A stretch of 63,525 nt of DNA, filler included, from Trichosphaerium sp. ATCC 40318 (GCA_038496445.1; 4 parts of 4 records of this genome joined end to end with filler, not necessarily neighbours in it), one strand, 5' to 3'. Positions 46,301 through 59,570 are shown, numbered from the whole stretch's first letter. The notes: generated by a model not told the origin, from the sequence alone. Numbers and translations: made by a program.

Positions 46301-47686
46301 TTCCTCTTTAACTGTAATAGTTGGAACTGTAACACCTTGATCTAGTGAAATACTTAGTTGACATACTTTCTGAGAGATTAATATCTCAAACCTTCTCTGT
46401 TGACATCTAGCTAGAAAAAAATTAACAAAAGTTGGTCTCACAATAACATGCAACTTACGTTCTGAGCTTCAGTTTCTCCTGTAGATGATCTTCTCTAACA
46501 AGCTCATTAATGTTTCTACATTGAAGGAAATAAATGTAACATTCGCGTACGGCCATGAGGTCTTTTTTATGTTGCACATCACCAATCATCTCTTTCATTC
46601 GGTCAGAACATTTGTGCATCCATTCTTCCATATTTGCAGTTGTAATATCAGTTTGTCTATCGTATGCTATCTTTACAATTTGCAAAGTAGAATCAATAGT
46701 ATCCTAGTAGCTCAAGATAAGCCTTCACAAACTCCAAAAAAAGGCAGTACAATAAAAACAAAAAGAAATATCTGTTCGTACCTTGATCATGTCTGCGTAA
46801 TTTGGAAAGTTTGGTGAGAGTGCGTCATGCAATTCATCTATTGCATCTACACACTCGTTCCATGCCTCTTCGAAACCACCACTTTGTGTATCACCACCCA
46901 TAACTTCTGCGCGTAACTTCTAAATGAAAAAGTCAATAAAAATGTCACTAAAAAAACTATCAATGTTTACGTACTTGTAATGCTTGTACAATGTCTACCA
47001 CTTGTTTTAGAATGTCTTTCATTTTTGTCTAAATACATGTTAATTACTACCACAAAAATTAATCGCTTATCGTACCTCAACAAGCCCAAGATCGCGCTGA
47101 ATGGTCTAAGGGAGAGGTGTTAGTTAGGTTTTTTTTTTAGTCAGACGCGACAAACAATTATCGACGTACTCTTGAAGCTGTAATAAGCAGCTTGCTTTGC
47201 ATGGCTACAGCACTGGTGTGTTCTAACACTTTGTACTAAAAAGCTGTTGATAAACATTTTGGAAATAGGAAAGTACCTTTGATTCCTCCTTTTCTGCGTC
47301 ATCAGCGCCAATGGCTGCACAACTGGCGAAAATGAGGCCGTGCACAATTTGTGTAAACGCTTGCATTTGTTTTCGTAGTTGCTCAATGCCCTCTTCGTCT
47401 ATGTTTGTCAAAAATGAGAAGGAGAGTTCTGTCTGAAATAAAGAAATGAATACACACCGTAATGCGCCATAGATGCTATAAGGTGATCGCAGCGCTCTCG
47501 TAGTATCAAAGACGTTTCTTGGACCACCTGTTCAAGTACTGCCGCTTGAGCATTTTCAAAAACTGCCTGTAATTGCTGAACATCACGGTTTATCTGTTGT
47601 GTGGTGCGTAATATATTTTTTAGGCTCCGCCCTAAATCGCGAGCATTTTGGTCACTAGAGCCAGTATTTCGCTCGATTTCAGCCAT
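43331..47686 (-). CDS. Ras guanine nucleotide exchange factor with N-terminal helical bundle and Pro-rich linker
   Basis: REM: IVASASLPKLIQRLT, FVNTFLLTFRLFT, VLRIWVDEHYKDF. CDC25: EFARQLTLVEHELFRDIQPHEL, LQNFNGAFEVLSA, PFFGRYLTDL. Confidence 0.88.
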
Positions 47687-47899
47687 ATGTGATGTATTCT
47701 AGCATGGCAACAATGCACGTTGGGTTACAGGACAAATAACGCTCTTCGAAACGGTTAAGTTAGAGTTTAAAACGCAATCAAAAACACTTGTTTTGGTAAA
47801 AAATAATTGATCGGGCTCTTTTTTTAATTCATTTGTTAATCTACAACTTTCTTTACGCAGTTATAATGGTTGTTCTTCAACCCAATAAATAACACTTTA

Positions 47900-48504
47900 T
47901 TAGTTGTGTTTCTTTTGGCTTGCAGTGTAGCGCTTTTGGTAAAAGTTAAGGAACAACAAGAGCAAAGAGATCATGTAGGTATCCATAGCATAGGCCATCC
48001 AGCGTGGGAAAGGAGAATTGACGTATAGAGCTTTGAGAAAAAAAAACGTAAGTACAGTGCGAGAATCTACGTGTAACAAAATTAAAACGGAGGTCTTATA
48101 AACGTACCAACTGACACATGGAACATGTTGATAAAAAATTGGCCCATTTGTAATTGAGTAAGGTATTTCTTCCACCACAAGTTCTTGACGCCCTTTAAAC
48201 AAGTGTAAACAACAATGAGCGGCGTTAATTTAAATTAAAAAACGTACCATAGCTGTAAGGCAGTAGTATGAGTACATAACTACGTGTACAAAAGAGTTTT
48301 GAACGACAGAAACCCAAGCTAAAGCAAGCTTTGTTAGAATTGAACCATTCAATCAAAACGCAAAAAATAAAAAAAACGTCTGTTATTTACCTTCACCACC
48401 AGCGGTAAATCTGGCACCAACCCACCATAATGAGAAGACTGATACGTGATGGTAGAGATGGAGAAACGATACTTGATTATTTTTTTTCCGAAGAATCATG
48501 AAAA
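47900..48504 (-). CDS. ELO: ELO/GNS1 fatty-acid elongase, 3' part (cut by the gap)
   Basis: [16 protein letters not shown] histidine box, [30 protein letters not shown], terminal KKHN. Confidence 0.92.
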
Positions 48505-48604
48505 NNNNNNNNNNNNNNNNNNNNNNNNNNNNNNNNNNNNNNNNNNNNTTAATTAATTAANNNNNNNNNNNNNNNNNNNNNNNNNNNNNNNNNNNNNNNN
48601 NNNN
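48505..48604. other. Artificial contig linker
   Basis: N-TTAATTAATTAA-N. Confidence 0.97.
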
Positions 48605-48722
48605 TCGTGTTGTTTGACACCTTCAAATATACCACGTGGTAAGTGTCTGTTTCGGGCAAAAGATTGTCCTCGCTGAAAACGACTGACTGCAATTGGCTCT
48701 GTCTTAAAAAGGATTCTACAGC

Positions 48723-51002
48723 ATGCTATCGTCCATAACTGCAGATATAAACGCTCGTTTAGCAACGTACGAGCCGTGGAAATTAGTAGTCGGCGGTGCG
48801 GGTGTTACGCTCGCTGGGGTAGCGTTATACAACCACTACTTCGCTGACTTGGGTTCGTAATACATTTCGTACAAAATGGTGCTAAAAATTACGCAAGACT
48901 TAAAGGACGCGCTATTCAAGCAGATACGTAATATTCCGGGAGTGTCAGGGAAAATACAGGATGAACATGTCAAAATTGCCCAAAAGATACGCCAAACCGT
49001 GTCTAGTTTCGACGACAATCCATTGAGCGATTTACCAGAGGTACTCCCGTTTTGTTTGCTGACGGAACGTTTCGGCTCATTTTGATTGAACAACTAGGAA
49101 GGCCTTTCACACGCAGACGTAATACAGGTCATGACCAAGCTCAAAGAGAAAGAAGGCACCACGTGGAAGGATGGTTACGTGTCAGGAGCCGTCTACAGCG
49201 GTGCAGATGATCTTGTTCAACTCTCCGCAAAGGTGCTTGCATCCCTTCTCTGTAAGCTGCTAACTACCCTTCGCACAAGGCGTACGAACTGTTTTGCTTG
49301 GCGAACCCGCTGCATTTGGACTTGTTCCCAGCCGTAAGAAAGTTTGAAGCCGAAATTGTGCGCTTTACGCGAAGTATGCTCAACGGCGACGAGGGAGTTT
49401 GTGGTGTGGTTACTTCTGGTGGCACGGAGAGGTATTTTTTTTTGTTACCAGAATTGTTGTCATCTTACTTCGTACCTAGCCTATTGATGGCATGCAAGGC
49501 ATACCGAGATCAAGCATTGGCCAAGAAAGGCATCAAACATCCAGAAATGTACGATGATGACTTTTCTAAAAACTTGTTTTTGGTCAGAGTTTAAGACTTT
49601 TCTTGTTTACAAACATCTGCTTTAGTGTTTTGCCCGTTACGGCACATTGTGCGTTTGACAAGGCAGCGCATTACTTTGGCATTAAACTAGTTAAAATACC
49701 AGTCAAATCCGATTTCAAAGTAGACATGGCTGCACTTGAAGGCGCTATTACCAAGTAAGAACATCCCCAATTATGCCTTTTCCTGAATGTGCGCTCCTAG
49801 GAATACGATAGCTCTTATTGGATCAGCACCTGGATATCCACACGGGACCATAGATGATATTTCAGGCTTGTCGGACCTTGCCATCAAGTATAGTGTGCCA
49901 CTACATGTAGACATGTGCCTTGGAGGGTAAGTTTTGTTTATGTATTCGCTTTACTCTTTTTTGTTGTTGTCAGGTTATACAACCGCGCCTCACAATTTTA
50001 TGTTTCTTCACCAACTACAGGTTCACTAATTATTTATGGGCAACAGGTTCATTTTACCATGGGCAAAAAGAGAAGGATGGGACCTTCCAGAATTTGACTT
50101 TAGTCTACCGGGTGTCACATCCATCTCAGCTGATACACACAAGTACGCTTTTGCACCAAAAGGTACATCTGCGCTTCTATTCAGAAACAAGGTATGTAGT
50201 TGCATCGCACACCTGCCAAGCGTTGACGTTTTGTGTAGGACATTCGCCACTACATGTTTTTTGTAGCGACTGAGTGGCCAGGTGGTATTTACCCAAGTCC
50301 AACCATGCCTGGCTCGAGGTAATTAACATCTAAACGCCAATATCTCTGTCTCACATACGCGTTTAGGCCAGGTGGAGCTATTGCAGCGGCATGGGCAGTG
50401 ATGATGGTTAACGGCAAAAAAGGGTATCTTGACGCCTCTAACAAGATAATGCAGACCGCAAAGGACATCAAAGAAGGCCTTAGAGCCATTAGAGAAATTA
50501 AGTTGATGGGCGATTCGCTCTCGCCAATAATAGCATGGGATACTATTGACTCGATAAACATTTACAACCTCAATGACTACATGTCAGAAAAGGGCTGGAA
50601 CCTGAGTGCCTTGCACAAACCAAAAGGGTAAGTCTACTATATTACCTAACCGTTATATCACCATAATCGTCTGTGTAGATTGCATCTTTGCGTTACTCTA
50701 CGCCAAGTTGGTAAAGTAGACAAATTCTTGGCGGATATCAAGGACTCCATAGAACTCGTTAAGAAGAACCCTACTGTCAAAGTACTTAACCGCCACTTTC
50801 TTTTATTACCTCTTTTTGTGGAGTAAAGTCAGCTCACTAATTTTTACATAGAATGGCAGTGCACCAGTCTATGGCATGTGCGCATCTCTTCCAGATCGGT
50901 ACTATCTCATTTTTATTTGTTTAATACCTGACATACCTATGCGCTAGGGGTCTCATCAAAGAGATAACATGGACATACATGGATGCTTTACTGGACGCTT
51001 GA
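48723..51002 (+). CDS. SGPL1: Sphingosine-1-phosphate lyase
   Basis: [63 protein letters not shown] (PLP lysine), GSRPGG. Confidence 0.95.
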
Positions 51003-51234
51003 GATGGGTAGTTGCCACAAACAACACTTGTAACAACCACATTCAACAACCATTTGTATCACTTTCCTATTATGATTAAAAATAAATGAGTCGCCGTTGC
51101 ATTTTTATCAAAATTCAGGGTAACGGTTTAAGTCACGTGTCATTTTTTTTTGTAGCGACACTTTATTATTTCGCTTTAAAACAGTGTACATTGCCGCCTA
51201 CACCTAGGTAGTGGCTCGCCAGTATAGTAGCAGT

Positions 51235-54200
51235 ATGGAAAAATCCTACAAGGTACTAGAACGCAAAGTTCTGGAGTGGGTAGGCGCCGTACTTGAACAG
51301 AAACTCCCCGCCAAGGACTTCCAATCACTATTCGGCGACGGCGTGCTTCTTTGTAGGTACGTTGTTATGTTTAGCATCAACTCTTTTGCACATTGAGTGC
51401 GTGTCAGCGTAACAGGCATTAGATTGTTGAATAAAATAAAGTCCGGGAGCGTGAGGCGCATCAATGAAGGCGTAAACCTAAAGCATAAGTTAAAGCAAGT
51501 AGTAAGCAAACGGGTATCGTACAACAAGCATTAAACGCGTGCTAGGATAACATAAACAGCTACGTTGACGGTTTTAAAAAACTGAGTCTTGGGATATACG
51601 TTTTCGATACCATCAGTCTCTCTGAAGGCAGGGATCTATACTCTGTTATTGTGCACTTGTACTCCTTTGGCCAACGCGTAAAGAGAGCGCCTGGGTGAGT
51701 AATCACAGCCCTGCACCAAGCAAAGCTCGAGGGCAATGATATCACGTGTAACAATCTTGTAGGTACTGTGGTCCCTTCATATCAAGGGGTGGTTCAATTG
51801 CCATCGCTAAACAGCATCAAGTACGAAAGAGCGATAAACGGAAGAGCGAAAAGCGCAGGAGCGAAAAGCGACCTAAGCGAGGTTTGAGACGCCAAACTCA
51901 AGAAACGCCTCAATCCATCGCTCCTGCTATCAATGTCAAGCCTGCCACGGTAAGCCATTTCTTGGCGTTGTTGTAGCCCCTTTGAACTTACAGTCGCCGA
52001 GATACCAAAGGAACCCACACCAAAACTTAAGAGAAGATTTAAAAGGTATGGTAGTAATCGATACACTTTAAGCCATGCAGCACACTAACAGGATTCGTAG
52101 AGTGAGGCCAATGAGTTGGTTTGCTGGCCCCGCCAAAGGAGTACAAATCTCAGTAAGTGTCGAGCAGTGGCTCTGTATGCTGCACAGTCTACTGATAGCT
52201 CACCTACCCTCAGGTTCCATCTCTAGAAAAATCGGTGCAAGCCAAAGAAGCTCTAAAGCACGATTCAGGCCTTGAACAGGCAACAAGAAAGTGGATTGAA
52301 AGCGTGCTTGACACCAAATTTGAAGGGTCGTTTGCATCATTCCTGAAATCAGGAGTAATACTGTGCAACTTGGCAAACGCTGTCATTCCAGGAAGCATTG
52401 ACGGCGTTCAAACCGCCAGAAATCCTTTTGTACACAGGGTACACAAAACGCAAAAAATGAAAAAGGGGTGTGTTCTATTCACACCTTTGTACAGGAAAAC
52501 ATTGCCAAGTACCTCGCATTTTGTAAGAAGATTGGCATGTCTCAGAGCTTTGACACCAATGACTTGTATGAAGGCACGTGCCCAAAAATTTATACGATGT
52601 AAACAGGTAGCTGTTTTCTTAATACCAAGCCCAGAACAAAACCTTATGCGCGTCATCATCAATATCTATTCAATTGCTGACAAAGCCGCCAAACTTGGAT
52701 ACAAAGGACCAACAATACAGCCTGAGAATGAGGCTTCAACGAATAAGCACCTGTACGGCCTGCCACAGGATCACAAAGACGATCATGATTCAGTACGTCT
52801 TCTCTCTTGCACCCACAAAGCACAAGGGTTTTTTCCTTGATTCTACGCGTTATTACGGTGTACTAACATTTGCAATTAGACACCAGACACAGAAGAAGAG
52901 AAGGTACGCTTGGAAATGTACATTCATAGCCTCTGACAATACATAGAAATTGGTTGTGTGGGTGAACAAGCACATCACTCAAGAAAACAAAGTGCAGTCT
53001 TGTACGTGCATACTTACCTACTACGTATTTCACGTGTGACTCACCATCATCAAGTTGGCCAATGCAAACGAGGCTCTATTCTGGTTCAGTTGTGCGAGAA
53101 TCTGAGTGGAACCGAATTGATAACGTGCGCTATAATCATATTATCATTTTTTTCCTCGTGAGAATCCAGCAAAACTAAAACACTTTTTACAGCTATGGTG
53201 GATCTAAAGACATCTCAGACTCTGGCGTTTTCTTAAATTCGGAAGCTGAAACTGGTATACTCAATGTAATGGAAGTGTATCGATCAGTCACACAGATTAC
53301 GATGAAGCCTCCTCCGGTTCAAGCCAAAGGTACATAGACCATCCTGTCATGCTGCATCACTCCGATTGCTAAACCCAGTGTAGATGTCGTACTAGGCAAT
53401 AGAGATGCTCTTGCCCAACTTCTCCAATTCATGATGCAACACCTCGACCGCGACAACTACCTTAAATCACGTACAATCTTTAGAATATTTTCTTGTTGTT
53501 CAAAGCTAACGTAATATTCGGATTGTAGTGAAACAAGACACACGCTGTCTCAAGATAACTGAAGAGATCATAGAATCCGAAGAGAGCTACTTGAATTACC
53601 TCACTATTCTATGCCAGGTACACACACACAGTGTTACTAGTCGCGCCACTACATGGATGAGTACCTTACTGAAATGAATAGAACTTTGTTAAGCCGTTCC
53701 AAAGCGATCCTTCATTGCAGTCGATACAACCCTACATCAAGAAATTGCCAGATTTACTTGATATATGCGAAGAACATAAAGCACTCATAGAACGCATCAA
53801 GGTAAAGAAAGTGTTATAAGCAACCAATCAAACCAATGAGCGTTTTAGAAAAATCGTAAAGAAGACCAAAGAGAGGATTACAAGGCACTTGCGCACGTTT
53901 TCCAAAATCACGTGCGCCATGTAAGATACAGTTAACCAACTGATCACGTATTTTAGACACAATTTCTTTTGAACTATTCAGCATACTTGAACAACTACGA
54001 GGCAAACTACTACTCCATAAAGGTACTACGTAGGGAAAATCAAGGCTTGGATAAATTGATTGAGGTACACACATTACACGGCGCTTGCCTGTTTCTTGTC
54101 TTTTGCTGAGTACCCTTACAGGGATTCGAATCCAGTTACGGTGCTGGCCTCGATCTGCTATCGTTCTTGATTATGCCCGTCCAGCGTGTGGGAAGATATG

Positions 54201-55101
54201 TTCTGCTCTTCAGAGTATGCGGCCCAGTATCAGTCTCTACGTTGATAAAATTCTAGGAGCTAAGGACCAACGTACCCAAACAAGATGAAGATGTGATTGC
54301 AAAGGCGGAGTCTCACCTACAAACATGTGCTGATACGCTGAACGAGAAGCAACGCGAGTTTGAAAAAACGTTTTCAGACATGCACAAGTTGATCGAGCTA
54401 CAAAAACAGCTCAAGGACTTTGATGTACGGACGGAGTACACGCCGAATTAATGCGATGCGTGCCTTCACTAAATAACCCATGCTTAGGACTTGATACACC
54501 CAAAACGCAAGTTTGTGAGGGAAGGTGCTGTGACGTTGATACAAAGAGACGAAGAGGAGGTACCCACTTTAAAGTTTGAGTTGGTTACTCTAACACGGCG
54601 TTTCTCTTCAAGTACACTGATGAAGACTACTCCGATGAGGAAGACAGCGACGATCAAGGAGGAGACGACGAGGACAGTGAAAGTGAAGAAGAAGAAGAGT
54701 GTGAAGCCATTGATGGCATGGTGCGTACCTACTTTTTTTTTTTTGAACATCAAGTTAATCTTTTCTCAGGCATTCCTACTTTGTGACTACCTTTTGTTTG
54801 CATCACACAACCAAGCCAAGGACAAAACGAAGTTCCCTCTAATATTCGAAACATACTATCCGCTAGCCTTTGTCGAAGAGACGTGCATTGCAGACGATGG
54901 CACGCAATCCATACCTCTTACTATCACAGCCGCTAACACCAAGGGATAGATGATTGCGCAGTTGACATTACGTTCGAAGAAGGATCGATAACCTTGAAAT
55001 GTACCGATTCCGCCGATGCTGATGCTTGGCTGGCGGACATTGAGAATGCAGTCAAGCACGTCGCAGAAGTTGATATTCTATTGTTCCAGAGCGAATGCTA
55101 A
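51235..55101 (+). CDS. RhoGEF with multiple calponin-homology domains, DH and PH
   Basis: CH: FGDGVLLC, LKSGVILCNLAN, DLYE. DH: KIIESEESYLNYL, LLSFLIMPVQRVGRYVLLF. PH: RKFVREG..WLADIENA. Confidence 0.85.
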
Positions 55102-55189
55102 GTCACAAAATATTGTGGTTTTTATGGCTATGTTTTTTGTACCATTAAAAATAACCGTAGAATGTAGTATTCGATTGTGTACACAACGT

Positions 55190-56445
55190 CCCTTTATTAC
55201 AACGCCACAAGACTGCTCCTTACTCTGGTGGGGGCTGAAATTCACCAGTTGGGTTACTTTCGGTGGTAGCAACAGGTCTATTTTGCCCTGGGCGAGGTTC
55301 TTCTGGAGGAGGCTCGAATTCACCATCATTTGAATTATCCTTGTCAGTCTAGGCACGTGTTAGTAAATCCAAAAAACGTGCTTGTGCCTCTCAAGACAGT
55401 TAACATACCTGTTTCCAGTCCGTTTGTTGTAAAACTTTAAGCGCGTTGCAAGCCCGTGGTGTACAAAACGCAAAGTGCCAAAATGCTGGTATTAACTGGG
55501 TGTCGTCAGCGCCGTGAATCGCCCACGGTCCTTCTACAATATCATATGGGTGATTCTTTTCCTGTTTTGGTAGCAAACGTTAGCCATCTTTGTACAAGTA
55601 CTATATGTGTGGGGGTTACCTTTTTACCACCTTTTGTGCATTTGAGGCAAAATTCATTCCATTCCTCCAGCGATGAAAACGTTTTCCACTTGAGATTTGG
55701 GTTGTTTCTCAGCATCTCGGTCAAGTCCCATCTAAAATACACTAGGTTGGCGGTTTCCTGCCTCTCCTTGACAGATTGTATTGTCGAGGCAACTTCCGCT
55801 ACAATACAAATGATTCAGAACAAAAGTGAAAAAGCAAAGCAAGCATAATCATTTTTGCATAAACATAAAAACAGAAAACAAATGAGTAGCTGTGCTGTTG
55901 TCCACGCACCTAATTCAGGATCAGCTGTAGTGTAGAAGGCACCAGGGCTGTTCGCTGTGACGAATACACCTTCTTTTCGCCTAAATATACCGCTCTACAG
56001 GGTGTCAGAAGTTTGTCTTGTGGTTTTGTATATTTATGTGTTGGGCCTTGGAAGAAGCAAACCCTGTGCTTGATGACACCAATAAAAAAAACAGTGAGCG
56101 CACTTGACTTATTTTTATAGAATCAGTGTAGACACAACCATGCCAATGATCCTCTCCTACTGTGGCGTGACCTTCCTTGTTGACACCATATAAATGCAAG
56201 ATGTCTCTCCACGCCTCTTGGCGCGTGTGGTAGCCAGTTTGTACAAGCGCTGCCATCATGTATCCATTGAAAACACGCGATGGTTTATACTTTGGAGGCC
56301 TTGTCGGCACCTCCTTGTTCGGAAAGGCCAACGTGAATGCAAGTTCCCAAGGATCTTCGTTACCAATTGTTAGCACCAAGTCCTTGCAATCCCTCTCGGT
56401 GTTAGCTTCCCTCAGCCTTTTTGTCATGTCCGTCCAATTTGTGCC
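55190..56445 (-). CDS. Hypothetical intron-containing nuclear gene; its 5' part is replaced by the mitochondrial block
   Basis: Open exons 56005-56427 and 55542-55742 with GT-AG boundaries; no family recognised. Confidence 0.4.
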
Positions 56446-56456
56446 TGCAGGCGGTG

Positions 56457-57883
56457 TGTGATTTACTGATATTTCTTATATTTTTGGGATGATAGAGGAA
56501 GATACATGAAAAAAAAAAAAGGTCAGTATTAGGTTTTTTTGTTGAGAATTAACAAGCACATATATGACAAGTGTATTCAGTGTGCTAGTGTGTTTTGTTT
56601 AGCTTAGAAGTATTTGGTAGTTTTGGTTTAGTTTTTTAGGTCGTGGCATGTTTTTAGAATTAGTACGTATAGAGAAAAAATAATTACGGAGAATTAACAA
56701 CAAATTTTATAGCAGTATGTCCTGTAGAGCATTTACCTTGAAGCCTTTTGAGTTTGCGTCTAGAAAATGGGAGCAGTTGTTCAGGATACTTTAGATGTTA
56801 ATGATGTGTTAGAGGAAATTTAACAATGATGTAATTTTTATATATATAGTTCGAACTAAAGCAAGTTAAATGAATTTTTAATATAGAATGATTAACTAAT
56901 AAAGCAAGATTTGCGTTTACAGTTTTTATTTTAAACGGTTATGGGGATGTAGATTTAGGTTTTTTGACAAGAAAATAGAGAAAAATAAGATCAACTCATA
57001 TAAGCGTAAGTTGATCTTATTTAATCTCATGATGGTTATGACTATACAAATCGTTAAATTTTACATTTTAGTATAAGAGTAGTTTTGATATTAAAGTGTA
57101 AATAGCATTAGAAATTTTATGAATAATATAGGAGTGTAATAACAGATTGTATTGTGTAAATTATAACAAATATGGTATTTTATTTGTGAATTGATTTCGA
57201 AATTGCTTTGTTTGATTGCTTTTTTATATGTTTTCTGATATTCGTTTAGAATTGCCTTTATTAGGTTACTGATTAAGAAAGTTTGATTTGAAAAACTAAT
57301 GAAATATTTTACTGTTGGTTAGGTGTAAAGTCTATATACTTAGGTGTAATAATATAGGCTGTACTATAAAGAATTATTATATTTAGCTTTGGTGTAGGGC
57401 TAATTGTAAAGAAAGGTTCGCTGAAAAAAATCAAAATATGTTTAGTAGATGGGAAGGTATACTAATTTAAAAGAAGTGTGGTATTATACAACAAAAGTTT
57501 AAATTTAAATATAAAATGAGAAAGTAAGAATAATTTAGGAATTTTATAAGTCAAGATATTTCAAGGTTAATTTTAGTTTTTTAGGGTTATTAGGCTTGCA
57601 AAAAAAGGTGTAAAAAAAAAACAAATTCAAAGCATAATTTGAATTTGTTTTTTGGGCAAGGAGAATAAACAGAATAAATTTATTAAATATAGATTAAGTA
57701 AATTTATTCATCTAAATTATAATTTACGTAAAAATTTAGGGCGTGAGTAGATGTAGCGGTGCCAGATTGGTCTATACGGAAAAAGATGTTGATATTCTAA
57801 TATAGAAAATGTTTTACAAAAAGTTACAAGGTAATGCGTCTTTTGAGTTGAAAAAAATGTAATTTCTATTTTATTTTTCAATA
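56457..57883 (+). CDS. nad11: NADH dehydrogenase subunit 11 cryptogene (5'-truncated; needs single-nt insertions)
   Basis: With insertions it reads CDL.D...FGMDRGRY..KKRSV..VGELTSTYMTRCIQCARCV..LGFLGRG..EISTY..ELTTNFIAVCPVGAFTLKPFEFASRKWE..RLNEFLNIEWLTNKARFAFD, later SDIRLELPLLGYWLRK; 3' end approximate. Confidence 0.88.
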
Positions 57884-58002
57884 ATTTACTGTTGGTATAT
57901 TGCTCAAAATACTATACTTTTTATGAAAATATACATATTATTAATATGTATATTTTCATAAAAAGTATAGTATTTTGAGCAATATACCAACAGTAAATTA
58001 TT
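57880..58002. repeat. Perfect ~61-bp-arm palindrome at the nad11 3' end
   Basis: aataatttactgttggt...catatta t taatatg...accaacagtaaattatt. Confidence 0.9.
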
Positions 58003-58232
58003 ATTGTATTTTTCCTAGGTAATGTTTTTTTTGTTGGGGAAAAATAGTTTTATAAAAAAGTAATTATGAAAAGAAGTATAATAAAGTGTTTTTAAACTGA
58101 TTGTTATCGTAAGTTTTTTTATTTGTAATTACTTTAAGATAACAATGAATATGTTAAATCGTCAAAATATTTGCGGCAACAGGTAGAAACAGTATAGTAA
58201 TAGTATAAATTTTAAAAAAGAGTAAAAAAAAA

Positions 58233-58360
58233 ATGGAATGACAAATAGTATTAGCAGCAAAAGTATTAGCAGCAGGAGTATGTACTGTCGGTGTAGGAGG
58301 AGCAAGTATAGGTATAGTTTTTTATTTGTTTTCTTATAAATATAGTTTTAATTTAATGGA
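58233..58360 (+). pseudogene. atp9: ATP synthase subunit 9 N-terminal fragment/cryptogene
   Basis: ME(TGA)QIVLAAKVLAAGVCTVGVGGASIGI, then g[G]t..g[G]t gives GFLFGFLI; no RNP loop or second helix recognisable. Confidence 0.65.
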
Positions 58361-58631
58361 AAAAGTATATTAGAGTGAATAGGTTCTTTTGGTATTTATA
58401 ATGTTGGGTTCAAAATATAAATAAAAGAGAAATATTGTGGAAAGTGTGATATTTATAAATATTTGATTTTGTAGGTTTAGGGTTTTTTTTTTTACATTAA
58501 TTATTAGTTATAATTTATTTTTAATTTTAATTTTTATAATATTTTTTATATGAATATTAACGATTTTTTTTTTGCTTTTTTATAACAATGTTATAAAAAA
58601 GCAAAAAAAAAATGTTATTATGTTATGAGGA

Positions 58632-59570
58632 ATGGATCCTATGGCGTTAGCTGTGGGAGGTATTGGGTATGTAGACATAGGTTTTGGTTTTGCAGCCACT
58701 TGTATTATAGGAGTAATAGTAGGCGTGATGGTGGTAGTAAATAGAAGATCAGCATCAGAAGAAGGAGAAAAAAATATAGAAGGAGAAAAGAAAGAAGAAG
58801 AAAAAATAGAAGGAGAAAAAATAGAAGGAGAAGAAAAAATAGAAGAAGAAAAAATAGAAGGAGTAGAAAAAATAGAAGGAGAAAAAATAGAAGAAGAAAA
58901 AATAGAAGGAGTAGAAAAAATAGAAGGAGAAAAAATAGAAGGAGAAAATATAGAAGGATTAGAAAAAATAGAAGGAGAAAAAATAGAAGGAGAAAATATA
59001 GAAGGATTAGAAAAAATAGAAGGAGAAAATATAGAAGGAGAAAATATAGAAGGATTAGAAAAAATAGAAGGAGAAAATATAGAAGGAGAAAATATAGAAG
59101 GATTAGAAAAAATTTTTGATTGAATAAAAGAGTGAGAATTGTATAACAGTGAAAATTTAAAAATTTATTTAGAAAACAGTGTTTCAGCATTATCTAAAAA
59201 AAATGTAGTGTGTTATATAGACGTCTGTATAAATAGTCTGAAATTGAAATTAGAAGAATTATTTGCTTATTTTAATACTAAAGAAAACATAAAAACCTTA
59301 GATTTAGAAAATTTAAGAGCAATAAAAAAAAATTTATATGATTTGATAGAAGTTTTTGACTGGCAAGCTACAGATGTAGGAAAACTGTCCAAGTATTTTA
59401 AGGATCAAATGCATAGATTTGTGGAGAATAATGCATCGCTATTAGAGGCCCGACGTGATTTATGGGCAAAGCTTTTAGAAAAATATGGATTACTGCAAGA
59501 TATATTATGAGGGATTGTTAAGTCTAGATCAATAATAAAAGAGGCAATAAAAAAAAATTATCAATATTAG
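58632..59570 (+). CDS. Mitochondrial ORF312 (code 4): N-terminal TM, acidic EKIEG tandem repeats, helical C-terminus
   Basis: Track ORFs 58632-59123 and 59139-59510 share a frame and are separated only by TGA codons; reading TGA as Trp gives one ORF ending at TAG 59568-59570. Confidence 0.7.

Noticed and set aside
58760-59115. CRISPR-like array
   Set aside because: Head-to-tail coding repeats without unique spacers.
58705-59190. 161-aa Leu/Phe-rich minus-strand ORF
   Set aside because: Antisense shadow of the purine minisatellite.
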